Source of the DNA: Eledone cirrhosa
Lineage: Eukaryota
DNA: 64,000 nucleotides
Assembly: GCA_964016885.1 (NCBI GenBank)
Contig: OZ024741.1
Location: 5,208,001 to 5,272,000, forward strand
Direction of reading: 5' to 3'
Under the pieces are notes generated by a model. That model saw only the letters and a program-made list of their open reading frames with translations, was not told where the DNA came from and ran no database searches. Of this stretch, positions 1 to 18,000 are shown in pieces. Positions within the stretch are counted from its first letter, which is position 1; every line of letters starts with the position of its first letter. The position numbers were made by a program, and so were the translations under genes.

Positions 1-3000
1 TCACAACTATATATACATATAATAAATACAACTAACAACTGCTACGAACCTCACAAGTATATATAGATATAATAAATACAACTAACAACTGCTAGGAACC
101 TCACAACTATATATACATATAATAAATACAACAAACAACTGCTAAGAACCTCACAACTATATATACATATAATAAATACAACTAACAACTGCTACGAACC
201 TCACAACTATATATACATATAATAAATACAACTAACAACTGCTAGGAACCTCACAACTATATATACATATAATAAATACAACTAACAACTGCTAGGAACC
301 TCACAACTATATATACATATAATAAATACAACAAACAACTGCTAGGAACCTCACAACTATAAATACAGATAATAAATACAACTAACAACTGCTAGGACCC
401 TCACAACTATAAATACATATAATAAATACAACTAACAACTCCTAGGAACCTCAGAACTATATATATATATATATAATAAATACAACTAACAACTGCTAGG
501 AACCTCACAACTATAAATTCATGTAATAAAAACAACTAACAACTGCTAGGAACCTCAGAACTATATATACATATAATAAATACAACTAACAACTGCTAGG
601 AACCTCACAACTATATATGCATATAATAAATACAACTAACAACTACTAGGAACCTCACAACTATATATACATATAATAAATACAACAAACAACTGCTAGG
701 AACCTCACAACTATAAATACAGATAATAAATACAACTAACAACTGCTAGGAACCTCACAACTATAAATACATATAATAACTACAAATAACAACTGCTAGG
801 AATCTCAGAACTATATATACATATAATAAATACAACTAACAACTGCTAGGAACTTCACAACTATATATACATATAATAACTACAAATAACAACTGCTAGG
901 AATCTCAGAACTATATATACATATAATAAATACAACTAACAACTACTAGGAACCTCACAACTATAAATACATATAATAACTACAAATAACAACTGCTAGG
1001 AATCTCAGAACTATATATACATATAATAAATACAACTAACAACTGCTAGGAACCTCACAACTATAAATACATATAATAACTACAAATAACAACTGCTAGG
1101 AATCTCAGAACTATATATATATATAATAAATACAACTAACAACTGCTAGGAACTTCACAACTATATATACATATAATAAATACAACTAACAACTGCTAGG
1201 AACCTCACAACTATAAATAAAGATAATAAATACAACTAACAATTGCTAGGATCCTCACAACTATATATACATATAATAAATACAACTAACAACTGCTAGG
1301 AGCCTCACAACTATATATACATATAATAAATACAACTAACAACTGCTAGGGACCTCACAACTATATATACATATAATAAATACAACTAACAACTGCTGGG
1401 AACCTCACAACTATATATACATATAATAAATACAACTAACAACTGCTAGGAACCTCCCAACTATAAATACAGATAATAAATACAACTAACAACTGCAAGG
1501 AACCTCACAACTATATATACATATAATAAATACAACAAACAACTGCTAGTAACCTCACAACTATATATACATATAATAAATACAACTAACAACTGCTAGG
1601 AACCTCACAACAATATATACATATAATAAATACATCTAACAACTGCTAGGAGCCTCACAACTATATATACATATAATAAATACAACTAACAACTGCTACG
1701 ACCCTCAAAACTAGATATACTTATAATAAATAAAACTAACAACTGGTAGGAGCCTCACAACTATAAATACATATAATAAATACAACTAACAACGGCTAGG
1801 AAACTCCCAACTATATATATACATATAATAAATACAACTAACAACTGCTACGAACCTCATAAGTATATATACATATAGTAATTACAACTAACAAATGCTA
1901 GGAACCTCACAACTATATATACATATAATAAATACAACTAACAACTTCTAGGAACCTCCCAACTATAAATAAAGATAATAAATACAAGTAACAACTGCTA
2001 GGAACCTCACAACAATATATACATATAATAAATTCAACTAACAACTGCTAGGAACCTCACAACTATATATACATATAATAAATACAATTAACAACTGCTA
2101 GGAACCTCACAACTATATATACATATAATAAATACAACTAATAACTGCTAGGACCCTCACAACTAGATATACATATAATAAATAAAACTAACAACTGCTA
2201 GGAGCCTCACAACTATATATAAATATAATAAATACTACTAACAACTGCTAGGAACCTCACAACTATATATACATATAATAAATACAACTAACAACTGCTG
2301 GGAACCTCACAACTATATATACATATAATACAACTAACAACTGCTAGGAACCTACCAAATATAAATACAGATAATAAATACAACTAACAACTGCAAGGAA
2401 CCTCACAACTATAAATACATATAATAAATACAACTAACAACTGCTAGGAACCTCAGAACTATATATACATATAATAAATACAACTAACAACTGCTAGGAA
2501 CCTCCCAACTATAAATACATGTAATAAATACAACTAACAACTGCTAGGACCCTCACAACTAGATATACATATAATAAATAAAACTAACAACTGCTAGGAG
2601 CCTCACAACTATAAATACATATAATAAATACAACAAACAACTGCTAGGAACCTCACAACTATATATACATATAATAAATACAACTAACAACTGCTAGGAA
2701 CCTCACAACTATATATACATATAATAAATACAAATAACAACTGCTAGGAGCCTCACAACTATATATATACATATAATAAATACAACTAACAACTGCTAGG
2801 ACCCTCACAACTAGATATACATATAATAAATAAAACTAACAACTGCTAGGAGCCTCACAACTATATATACATATAATAAATACTACTAACAACTGCTAGG
2901 AACCTCACAACTATATATACATATAATAAATACGACTAACAACAGCTAGGAACCTCACAACTATATATACATATAATAAATACAACTAACAACTGCTACG

Positions 3001-6000
3001 AACCTCACAAGTATATATACATATAATAAATACAACTAACAACTGCTAGGAACCTCAGAACTATATATACATATAATAAATACAACTAACAACTGCTAGG
3101 AACCTCACAACTATATATACATATAATAAATACAACTAACAACTGCTACGAACCTCACAAGTATATATAGATATAATAAATACAACTAACAACTGCTAGG
3201 AACCTCACAACTATATATACATATAATAAATACAACAAACAACTGCTAGGAACCTCACAACTATATATACATATAAGAAATACAACTAACAACTGCTACG
3301 AACCTCACAACTATATATACATATAATAAATACAACTAACAACTGCTAGGAACCTCACAACTATATATACATATAATAAATACAACTAACAACTGCTAGG
3401 AACCTCACAACTATATATACATATAATAAATACAACAAACAACTGCTAGGAACCTCACAACTATATATACATATAATAAATACAACAAACAACTGCTAGG
3501 AACCTCACAACTATAAATACATATAATAAATACAACAAACAACTGCTAGGAACCTCACAACTATATATACATATAATAAATACAACTAACAACTGCTAGG
3601 AACCTCACAACTATATATACATATAATAAATACAAATAACAACTGCTAGGAGCCTCACAACTATATATACATATAATAAATACAACTAACAACTGCTAGG
3701 ACCCTCACAATTAGATATACATATAATAAATAAAACTAACAACTGCTAGGAGCCTCACAACTATATATACATATAATAAATACTACTAACAACTGCTAGG
3801 AACCTCACAACTATATATACATATAATAAATACGACTAACAACAGCTAGGAACCTCACAACTATATATACATATAATAAATACAACTAACAACTGCTACG
3901 AACCTCACAAGTATATATACATATAATAAATACAACTAACAACTGCTAGGAACCTCAGAACTATATATACATATAATAAATACAACTAACAACTGCTAGG
4001 AACCTCACAACTATATATACATATAATAAATACAACTAACAACTGCTACGAACCTCACAAGTATATATAGATATAATAAATACAACTAACAACTGCTAGG
4101 AACCTCACAACTATATATACATATAATAAATACAACAAACAACTGCTAGGAACCTCACAACTATATATACATATAATAAATACAACTAACAACTGCTACG
4201 AACCTCACAACTATATATACATATAATAAATACAACTAACAACTGCTAGGAACCTCACAACTATATATACATATAATAAATACAACTAACAACTGCTAGG
4301 AACCTCACAACTATATATACATATAATAAATACAACAAACAACTGCTAGGAACCTCACAACTATAAATACAGATAATAAATACAACTAACAACTGCTAGG
4401 ACCCTCACAACTATAAATACATATAATAAATACAACTAACAACTCCTAGGAACCTCAGAACGATATATATATATATATATATATATATAATAAATACAAC
4501 TAACAACTGCTAGGAACCTCACAACTATAAATTCATGTAATAAAAACAACTAACAACTGCTAGGAACCTCAGAACTATATATACATATAATAAATACAAC
4601 TAACAACTGCTAGGAACCTCACAACTATATATGCATATAATAAATACAACTAACAACTGCTAGGAACCTCACAACTATATATACATATAATAAATACAAC
4701 AAACAACTGCTAGGAACCTCACAACTATAAATACAGATAATAAATACAACTAACAACTGCTAGGAACCTCACAACTATAAATACATATAATAACTACAAA
4801 TAACAACTGCTAGGAATCTCAGAACTATATATACATATAATAAATACAACTAACAACTGCTAGGAACTTCACAACTATATATACATATAATAACTACAAA
4901 TAACAACTGCTAGGAATCTCAGAACTATATATACATATAATAAATACAACTAACAACTGCTAGGAACCTCACAACTATAAATACATATAATAACTACAAA
5001 TAACAACTGCTAGGAATCTCAGAACTATATATACATATAATAAATACAACTAACAACTGCTAGGAACCTCACAACTATAAATACATATAATAACTACAAA
5101 TAACAACTGCTAGGAATCTCAGAACTATATATATATATAATAAATACAACTAACAACTGCTAGGAACTTCACAACTATATATACATATAATAAATACAAC
5201 TAACAACTGCTAGGAACCTCACAACTATAAATAAAGATAATAAATACAACTAACAATTGCTAGGATCCTCACAACTATATATACATATAATAAATACAAC
5301 TAACAACTGCTAGGAGCCTCACAACTATATATACATATAATAAATTCAACTAACAACTGCTAGGGACCTCACAACTATATATACATATAATAAATACAAC
5401 TAACAACTGCTGGGAACCTCACAACTATATATACATATAATAAATACAACTAACAACTGCTAGGAACCTCCCAACTATAAATACAGATAATAAATACAAC
5501 TAACAACTGCAAGGAACCTCACAACTATAAATACATATAATAAATACAACTAACAACTGCTAGGAACCTCAGAACTATATATACATATAATAAATACAAT
5601 TAACAACTGCTAGGAACCTCACAACTATATATACATATAATAAATACAACAAACAACTGCTAGGAACCTCACAACTATATATACATATAATAAATACAAC
5701 TAACAACTGCTAGGAACCTCACAACAATATATACATATAATAAATACAACTAACAACTGCAAGGAGCCTCACAACTATATATACATATAATAAATACAAC
5801 TAACAACTGCTAGGACCCTCAAAACTAGATATACTTATAATAAATAAAACTAACAACTGCTAGGAGCCTCACAACTATAAATACATATAATAAATACAAC
5901 TAACAACGGCTAGGAAACTCCCAACTATATATATACATATAATAAATACAACTAACAACTTCTAGGAACCTCCCAACTATAAATAAAGATAATAAATACA

Positions 6001-9000
6001 ACTAACAACTGCTAGGAACCTCACAACAATATATACATATAATAAATTCAACTAACAACTGCTAGGAACCTCACAACTATATATACATATAATAAATACA
6101 ACTAACAACTGCTAGGAACCTCACAACTATATATACATATAATAAATACAACTAATAACTGCTAGGACCCTCACAACTAGATATACATATAATAAATAAA
6201 ACTAACAACTGCTAGGAGCCTCACAACTATATATAAATATAATAAATACTACTAACAACTGCTAGGAACCTCACAACTATATATACATATAATAAATACA
6301 ACTAACAACTGCTACGACCCTCAAAACTAGATATACTTATAATAAATAAAACTAACAACTGCTAGGAGCCTCACAACTATAAATACATATAATAAATACA
6401 ACTAACAACGACTAGGAAACTCCCAACTATATATATACATATAATAAATACAACTAACAACTGCTACAAACCTCACAAGTATATATACATATAGTAATTA
6501 CAACTAACAAATGCTAGGAACCTCACAACTATATATACATATAATAAATACAACTAACAACTTCTAGGAACCTCCCAACTATAAATAAAGATAATAAATA
6601 CAACTAACAACTGCTAGGAACCTCACAACAATATATACATATAATAAATTCAACTAACAACTGCTAGGAACCTCACAACTATATATACATATAATAAATA
6701 CAACTAACAACTGCTAGGAACCTCACAACTATATATACATATAATAAATACAACTAACAACTGCTAGGAACCTCAGAACTATATATACATATAATAAATA
6801 CAACTAACAACTGCTAGGAACCTCCCAACTATAAATACATGTAATAAATACAACTAACAACTGCTAGGACCCGCACAACTAGATATACATAAAATAAATA
6901 AAACTAACAACTGCTAGGAGCCTCACAACTATAAATACAGATAATAAATACAACTAACAACTTCTAGGAACCTCACAACTATATATACATATAATAAATA
7001 CAACTAACAACTGCTAGGAACCTCACAACTATAAATACATATAATAAATACAACAAACAACTTCTAGGAACCTCCCAACTATAAATACAGATAATAAATA
7101 CAACTAACAACAGCTAGGACCCTCCCAACTATAAATATAGATAATAAATACAACTAACAACTGCTAGGAACCTCACAACTATAAATAAATATAATAAATA
7201 CAACTAACAACTGCTAGGAACCTCAGAACTATATATACATATAATAAATACATCTAACAACTGCTAGGCACCTCACAACTATATATATATATAATAAATA
7301 CAACTAACAAGTGCTAGGAACCTCACAACAATATATACGTTTAATAAATACAACTAACAACTGCTAGGAACCTCACAATTATAAATACAGATAATAAATA
7401 CAACTAACAACTGATAGGAACCTCACAACCATATATACATATATTAAATACAACTAACAACAGCTAGGAACATCACAACAATATATACATATTATAAATA
7501 CAACTAACAACAGCTAGGAACCACATAACTATAAATACATCTAATAAATACAATTAACAACAGCTATGAACCTCTATATACATATAATAAATACAACTAA
7601 CAACCGCTAGGTACCTCACAACTATAAATACATATAATAAATACAACTAACAACAGCTAGGACCCTCCCATCTATAAATACATATAATAAATACAACTAA
7701 CAACTGCTAGGAACCTCACAACTATAAATACAGATAATAAATACAACTAACAACAGCTAGGACCCTCCCAACTATAAATATAGATAATAAATACAACTAA
7801 CAACTGCTAGGAGCCTCACAACTATATATACATATAATAAATACAACTAACAATTGCTAGGAGCCTTACAACTATATATACATATAATAAATACAACTAA
7901 CAACTGCTAGGAGCCTCACAACTATATATACATATAATAAATACAACTAACAACTGCTAGGAACCTCACAACTGTATATACATATAATAAATACAACTAA
8001 CAACTTCTAGGAACCTCACAACTATATATACATATAATAAATAAAACTAACAACTGCTAGGAACCTCCCGACTATAAATACAGATAATAAATACAACTAA
8101 CAACTTCTAGGAACCTCACAACTATATATACATATAATAAATACAACTACCAACTGCTAGGAACCTCACAACTATATATACATATAATAAATAAAACTAA
8201 CAACTGCTATGAACCTCACAACTATAAATACAGATAATAAATACAACTAACCACTTCTAGGAACCTCACAACTATATATACATATAATAAATACAACTAA
8301 CAACTTCTAGGAACCTCCCAACTATAAATACAGATAATAAATACAACTAACAACAGCTAGGACCCTCCCAACTATAAATATAGATAATAAATACAACTAA
8401 CAACTGCTAGGAACCTCACAACTATAAATACATATAATAAATACAACTAACAACCGCTAGGAACCTCACAACTATATATACTTATAATAAATACAACTAA
8501 CAACTGCTAGGCACCTCACAACTATATATACATATAATAAATACAACTAACAACTGCTAGGAAGCTCACAACAATATATACGTTTAATAAATACAACTAA
8601 CAACTGCTAGGAACCTCACAACTATCTATACATATAATAAATACAACTAACAACTGCTAGGAACCTCACAACTATGAATACATATAGTAAACACAACTAA
8701 CAACTGCTAGGAACGTCACAACTATAAATACATATAATAAATACAACTAACAACTGCTAGGAACCTCACAACTATATATACATATAATAAACGCAACTAA
8801 CAACTGCTAGGAACCTCACAACTCTAAATACATATAATAAATACAACTAACAACTGCTAGGAACCTCACATCTATATATACATATAATAAATACAACTAA
8901 CAACAGCTAGGAACCTCACAACTATAAATACATATAATAAATACAACTAACAACATCTAGGGACCTCACGACTATAAATACATATAATAAATACAACTAA

Positions 9001-12000
9001 CTGTTAGGAACCTCACAACTATAAATACATATAATAAATACAACTAACAACAGCTAGGAACCTCACATCTATAAATACATATAATAAATACAACTAACAA
9101 CTGCTAGGAATCTCACAACTATATATACATATAATAAATACAACTAATAACTGCTAGGAACCTCACAACTATATATATATATAATAAATACAACTGACAA
9201 CTGCTACGAACCTCACAAGTATATATACATATAATAAGTACAACTAACAACTGCTAGGAACCTCACAACTATATATACACATAATAAATACAACTAACAA
9301 CTTCTAGGAACCTCCCAACTATAAATACATATAATAAATACAACTAACAACTGCTAGGAACCTCACAACTATATATACACATAATAAATACAACTAACAA
9401 CTGCTAGGAACCTCACAACAATATATACACATAATAAATACAACTAACAACTTCTAGGAACCTCCCAACTATAAATACATATAATAAGTACAACTAACAA
9501 CTGCTAGGAACCTCACAACTATATATACACATAATAAATACAACTAACAACTGCTAGGAACCTCACAATCTATGTATACACATAATAAATACAACTAACA
9601 ACTTCTAGGAACCTCCCAACTATAAATACAGATAATAAATAGAACTAACAACTGCTAGGAACCTCACAACTATAAATACATATAATAAATACAACTAACA
9701 ACTGCTAGGAGCCTTACAACTATAAATACATATAATAAATACAACTAACAACTGCTAGGAACCTCACAACTATATATACATATAATAAATACAACTAACA
9801 ACTGCTAGGAGCCTCACAACTATATATACATATAATAAATACAACTAACAATTGCTAGGAGCCTTACAACTATATATACATATAATAAATACAACTAACA
9901 AATGCTAGGAATCTCACAACTATATATACATATAATAAATACAACTAACAACTGCTACGAACCTCACAACTATATATACATATAATAAATACAACTAACA
10001 ACTGCTAGGAACCTCACAACTGTATATACATATAATAAATACAACTAACAACTTCTAGGAACCTCACAACTATATATACATATAATAAATACAACTACCA
10101 ACTGCTAGGAACCTCACAACTATATATACATATAATAAATAAAACTAACAACTGCTAGGAACCTCCCAACCATAAATACAGATAATAAATACAACTAACA
10201 ACTTCTAGGAACCTCACAACTATATATACATATAATAAATACAACTAACAACTGCTAGGAACCTCACAACTATAAATACATATAATAAATACAACTAACA
10301 ACTGCTAGGAACCTCACAACTATATATAGAAATAATAAATACAACTAACAACTGCTAGGAACCTCACAATTATAAATACAGATAATAAATACAACTAACA
10401 ACTGATAGGAACCTCACAACCATATATACATATATTAAATACAACTAACAACAGCTAGGAACATCACAACAATATATACATATTATAAATACAACTAACA
10501 ACAGCTAGGAACCACATAACTATAAATACATCTAATAAATACAATTAACAACAGCTATGAACCTCTATATACATATAATAAATACAACTAACAACCGCTA
10601 GGAACCTCACAACTATAAATACATATAATAAATACAACTAACAACAGCTAGGACCCTCCCATCTATAAATACATATAATAAATACAACTAACAACTGCTA
10701 GGAACCTCACAGCTATAAATACAGATAATAAATACAACTAACAACTGCTAGGACCCTCCCAACTATAAATATAGATAATAAATAAAACTAACAACTGCTA
10801 GGAACCTCACAACTATATATACTTATAATAAATACAACTAACAACTGCTAGGAACCTCACAACTATATATACATATAATAAATACAACTAACAACTGCTA
10901 GGAGCCTCACAACTATATATACATATAATAAATACAACTAACAATTGCTAGGAGCCTTACAACTATATATACATATAATAAATACAACTAACAACTGCTA
11001 GGAGCCTCACAACTATATATACATATAATAAATACAACTAACAACTGCTACGAACCTCACAACTATATATACATATAATAAATACAACTAACAACTGCTA
11101 GGAACCTCACAACTGTATATACATATAATAAATACAACTAACAACTTCTAGGAACCTCACAACTATATATACATATAATAAATAAAACTAACAACTGCTA
11201 GGAACCTCCCGACTATAAATACAGATAATAAATACAACTAACAACTTCTAGGAACCTCACAACTATATATACATATAATAAATACAACTACCAACTGCTA
11301 GGAACCTCACAACTATATATACATATAATAAATAAAACTAACAACTGCTATGAACCTCCCGACTATAAATACAGATAATAAATACAACTAACAACTTCTA
11401 GGAACCTCACAACTATATATACATATAATAAATACAACTACCAACTGCTAGGAACCTCATAACTATATATACATATAATAAATAAAACTAACAACTGCTA
11501 GGAACCTCCCGACTATAAATACATATAATAAATACAACTAACAACTGCTAGGAACCTCACAACTATATATAGAAATAATAAATACAACTAACAACTGATA
11601 GGAACCTCACAACTATATATACATATAATAAATACAACTAACAACAGCTATGAACATCACAACAATATATACATATTATAAATACAACTAACAACTGCTA
11701 GGAATCTCACAACTATAAGTACATATAATAAATACAACTAACAACTGCTAGGAACCTCACAACTATAAATACATATAATAAATACAACTAACAACAGCTA
11801 GGAACCTCACGTCTATAAATACATATAATAGATACAACTAACAACTGCTACGAACCTCACAAGTATATATACATATAATAAGTACAACTAACAACTGCTA
11901 GGAACCTCACAACTATATATACATATAATAAGTACAACTAACAACTGCTAGGAATCTCACAACTATAAATACATATAATAAATACAACTAACAACTGCTA

Positions 12001-15000
12001 GGAACCTCACAACTATAAATACATATAATAAATACAACTAACAACTGCTAGGAACCTCACAACTATATATACATATAATAAATACAACTAACAACTGCTA
12101 GGAGACTCACAACTATATATACACATAATAAATACAACTAACAATTGCTAGGAGCCTTACAACTATATATACATATAATAAATACAACTAACAAATGCTA
12201 GGAATCTCACAACTATATATACATATAATAAATACAACTAACAACTGCTACGAACCTCACAACTATATATACATATAATAAATAAAACTAACAACTGCTA
12301 GGAACCTCACAACTGTATATACATATAATAAATACAACTAACAATTTCTAGGAACCTCACAACTATATATACATATAATAAATACAACTACCAACTGCTA
12401 GGAACATCACAACTATATATACATATAATAAATAAAACTAACAACTGCTAGGAACCTCCCAACTATAAATACAGATAATAAATACAACTAACAACTCCTG
12501 GGAACCTCACAACTATATATACATATAATAAATACAACTAACAACTGCTAGGAACCTCACAGCCATAAATACATATAATAAATACAACTAACAACTGCTA
12601 GGAACCTCACAACTATATATAGAAATAATAAATACAACTAACAACTGCTAGGAACCTCACAACTATAAATACAGATAATAAATACAACTAACAACTGCTA
12701 GGAACCTCCCGACTATAAATACATATAATAAATACAACTAACAACTTCTAGGAACCTCACAACTATATATACATATAATAAATACAACTACCAACTGCTA
12801 GGAACCTCACAACTATATATACATATAATAAATAAAACTAACAACTGCTAGGAACTTCCCGACTATAAATACAGATAATAAATACAACTAACAACTTCTA
12901 GGAACCTCACAACTATATATACATATAATAAATACAACTAACAACTGCTAGGAACCTCACAACTATAAATACATATAATAAATACAACTAACAACTGCTA
13001 GGAACCTCACAACTATATATAGAAATAATAAATACAACTAACAACTGATAGGAACCTCACAACTATATATACATATAATAAATACAACTAACAACAGCTA
13101 TGAACATCACAACAATATATACATATTATAAATACAACTAACAACTGCTAGGAATCTCACAACTATAAATACATATAATAAATACAACTAACAACTGCTA
13201 GGAACCTCACAACTATAAATACATATAATAAATACAACTAACAACAGCTAGGAACCTCACGTCTATAAATACATATAATAGATACAACTAACAACTGCTA
13301 CGAACCTCACAAGTATATATACATATAATAAGTACAACTAACAACTGCTAGGAACCTCACAACTATATATACATATAATAAATACAACTAACAACTGCTA
13401 GGAACCTCACAACTATAAATACATATAATAAATACAACTAACAACTGCTAGGAACCTCACAACTATATATACATATAATAAATACAACTAACAACTGCTA
13501 GGAGACTCACAACTATATATACACATAATAAATACAACTAACAATTGCTAGGAGCCTTACAACTATATATACATATAATAAATACAACTAACAAATGCTA
13601 GGAATCTCACAACTATATATACATATAATAAATACAACTAACAACTGCTACGAACCTCACAACTATATATACATATAATAAATAAAACTAACAACTGCTA
13701 GGAACCTCACAACTGTATATACATATAATAAATACAACTAACAATTTCTAGGAACCTCACAACTATATATACATATAATAAATACAACTACCAACTGCTA
13801 GGAACATCACAACTATATATACATATAATAAATAAAACTAACAACTGCTAGGAACCTCCCAACTATAAATACAGATAATAAATACAACTAACAACTCCTA
13901 GGAACCTCACAACTATATATACATATAATAAATACAACTAACAACTGCTAGGAACCTCACAGCTATAAATACATATAATAAATACAACTAACAACTGCTA
14001 GGAACCTCACAACTATATATAGAAATAATAAATACAACTAACAACTGCTAGGAACCTCACAACTATAAATACAGATAATAAATACAACTAACAACTGATA
14101 GGAACCTCACAACTATATATACATATAATAAATACAACTAACAAGAGCTAGGAACATCACAACAATATATACATATTATAAATACAACTAACAACAGCTA
14201 GGAACCACATAACTATAAATACATATAATAAATACAACTAACAACTGCTAGCAGCATCACAACTATATATACATATAATAAATACAACTAACAACCGCTA
14301 GGAACCTCACAACTATATATACATATACTAAATACAACTAACAACTTCTAGGAACCTCCCAACTATAAATACATATAATAAATACAACTAACAACTGCTA
14401 GGAACCTCACAACTATATATACACATAATAAATACAACTAACAACTTCTAGGAACCTCCCAACTATAAATACAGATAATAAATACAACTAACAACTGCTA
14501 GGAACCTCACAACTATATATACACATAATAAATACAACTAACAATTGCTAGGAGCCTTACAACTATATATACATATAGTAAATACAACTAACAAATGCTA
14601 GGAATCTCACAACTATATATACATATAATAAATACAACTAACAACTGCTACGAACCTCACAACTATATATACATATAATAAATACAACTACCAACTGCTA
14701 GGAACCTCACAACTGTATATACATGTAATAAATACAACTAACAACTTCTAGGAACCTCACAACTATATATACATATAATAAATACAACTAACAACTGCTA
14801 GGAACCTCACAACTATAAATACATATAATAAATACAACTAACAACTGCTAGGAACCTCACAACTATATATAGAATTAATAAATACAACTAACAACTGCTA
14901 GGAACCTCACAACTATGAATACAGATAATAAATACAACTAACAACTGATAGGAACCTCACAACTATATATACATATAATAAATACAACTAACAACAGCTA

Positions 15001-18000
15001 GGAACATCACAACAATATATACATATTATAAATACAACTAACAACAGCTAGGAACTACATAACTATAAATACATATAGTAAATACAATTAACAACAGCTA
15101 TGAACCTCTATATACATATAATAAATACAACTAACAACCGCTAGGAACCTCACAACTATAAATACATATAATAAATACAACTAACAACAGCTAGGACCCT
15201 CCCATCTATAAATACATATAATAAATACAACTAACAACCGTTAGGAACCTCACAACTATATATACATATAATAAATACAACTAACAACTGCTAGGAACCT
15301 CACAACTATATATACATATAATAAATACAACTAACAACTGTTAGGAACCTCACGACTATAAATACATATAATAAATACAACTAACAACAGCTAGGACCCT
15401 CCCATCTATAAATACATATAATAAATACAACTAACAACCGTTAGGAACCTCACAACTATATATACATATAATAAATACAACTAACAACTGCTAGGAACCT
15501 CACAACTATATATACATATAATAAATACAACTAACAACTGCTAGGAACCTCACAACTATATATACATATAATAAATACAACTAACAACTGTTAGGAACCT
15601 CACAACTATAAATACATATAATAAATACAACTAACAACAGCTAGGACCCTCCCATCTATAAATACATATAATAAATACAACTAACAACCGTTAGGAACCT
15701 CACAACTATATATACATATAATAAATACAACTAACAACTGCTAGGAACCTCACAACTATATATACATATAATAAATACAACTAACAACTGTTAGGAACCT
15801 CACAACTATAAATACATATAATAAATACAACTAACAACCGTTAGGAACCTCACAACTATATATACATATAATAAATACAACTAACAACTGTTAGGAACCT
15901 CACAACTATAAATACATATAATAAATACAACTAACAACAGCTGGAACCTCGCAACACTATATACATATAATAAATACAACTAACAACTGCTAGGAACCTC
16001 ACAACTATATATACATATAATAAATACAACTAATAACTGCTAGGAACCTCACAACTATATATATATATAATAAATACGACTGACAAGTGCTACGAACCTC
16101 ACAAGTATATATACATATAATAAATACAACTAACAACTGCTAGGAACCTCACAACTATGTATACACATAATAAATACAACTAACAACTTCTAGGAACCTC
16201 CCAACTATAAATACAGAAAATAAATAGAACTAACAACTGCTAGGAACCTCACAACTATAAATACATATAATAAATACAACTAACAACTGCTAGGAAGCTC
16301 ACAACTATAAATACATATAATAAATACAACTAACAACTGCTAGGAACCACACAACTATATATACATATAATAAATACAACTATCAACTGCTAGGAGCCTC
16401 ACAACTATATATACATATAATAAATACAACTAACAATTGCTAGGAGCCTTACAACTATATATACATATAATAAATACAACTAACAAATGCTAGGAATCTC
16501 ACAACTATATATACATATAATAAATACAACTAACAAATGCTAGGAATCTCACAACTATATATACATATAATAAATACAACTAACAACTGCTACGAACCTC
16601 ACAACTATATATACATATAATAAATACAACTAACAACTGCTAGGAACCTCACAACGGTATATACATATAATAAATACAACTAACAACTTCTAGGAACCTC
16701 ACAACTATATATACATATAATAAATACAACTACCAACTGCTAGGAACCTCACAACTATATATACATATAATAAATAAAACTAACAACTGCTAGGAACCTC
16801 CCAACTATAAATACAGATAATAAATACAACTAACAACTGCTAGGAACCTCACAAGTATAAATACATATAATAAATACAACTAACAACAGCTAGGAACCTC
16901 ACAACTATATATACATATAATAAATACAAATAACAATTGCTAGGAACCTCACAACTATAAATACATATAATAAATACAACTAACAACAGCGAGGAACCTC
17001 ACAACTATATATATATACATATATATAATAAATACAACTAACAACTGCTAGGAACCTCACAACTATAAATACAGATAATAAATACAACTAACAACTTCTA
17101 GGAACCCCCCAACTATAAATACAGATAATACATACAACTAACAACAGCTAGGACCCTCCCAACTATAAATATAGATAATAAATACAACTAACAACTGCTA
17201 GGAACCTCACAACTATAAATACATATAATAAATACAACTAACAACTGCTAGGAACCTCAGAACTATATATACATCTAATAAATACATCTAACAACTGCTA
17301 GGCACCTCACAACTATATATATATATAATAAATACAACTAACAAGTGCTTGGAACCTCACAACAATATATACGTTTAATAAATACAACTAACAACTGCTA
17401 GGAACCTCACAACTATCTATACATATAATAAATACAACTAACAACATCTAGGAACCTCACAACTATATATACATATAATAAATACAACTAACAACTGCTA
17501 GGAACCTCACAGCTATAAATACATATAATAAATACAACTAACAACTGCTAGGAACCTCAGAACTATATATACATACAATAAATACGTCTAACAACTGCTA
17601 GGCATCTCACAACTATATATATATATAATAAATACAACTAACATCTGCTAGGAACCTCACAACTATAAATACATATAATAAATACAACTCACAACAGCTA
17701 GGAACCTCACAACTATATATATACATATAATAAATACAACTAACAACTTCGAGGAACCTCACAACTATAAATACAGATAATAAATACAAATAACAACTTC
17801 TAGGAACCTCACAACTATATATACATATAATAAATACAACTAACAACTGCTAGGAACCTCACAACTATAAATACATATAATAAATACAACTAACAACTTC
17901 TAGGAACCTCCCAACTATAAATACAGATAATAAATACAACTAACAACATCTAGGACCCTCCCAACTATAAATATAGATAATAAATACAACTAACAACTGC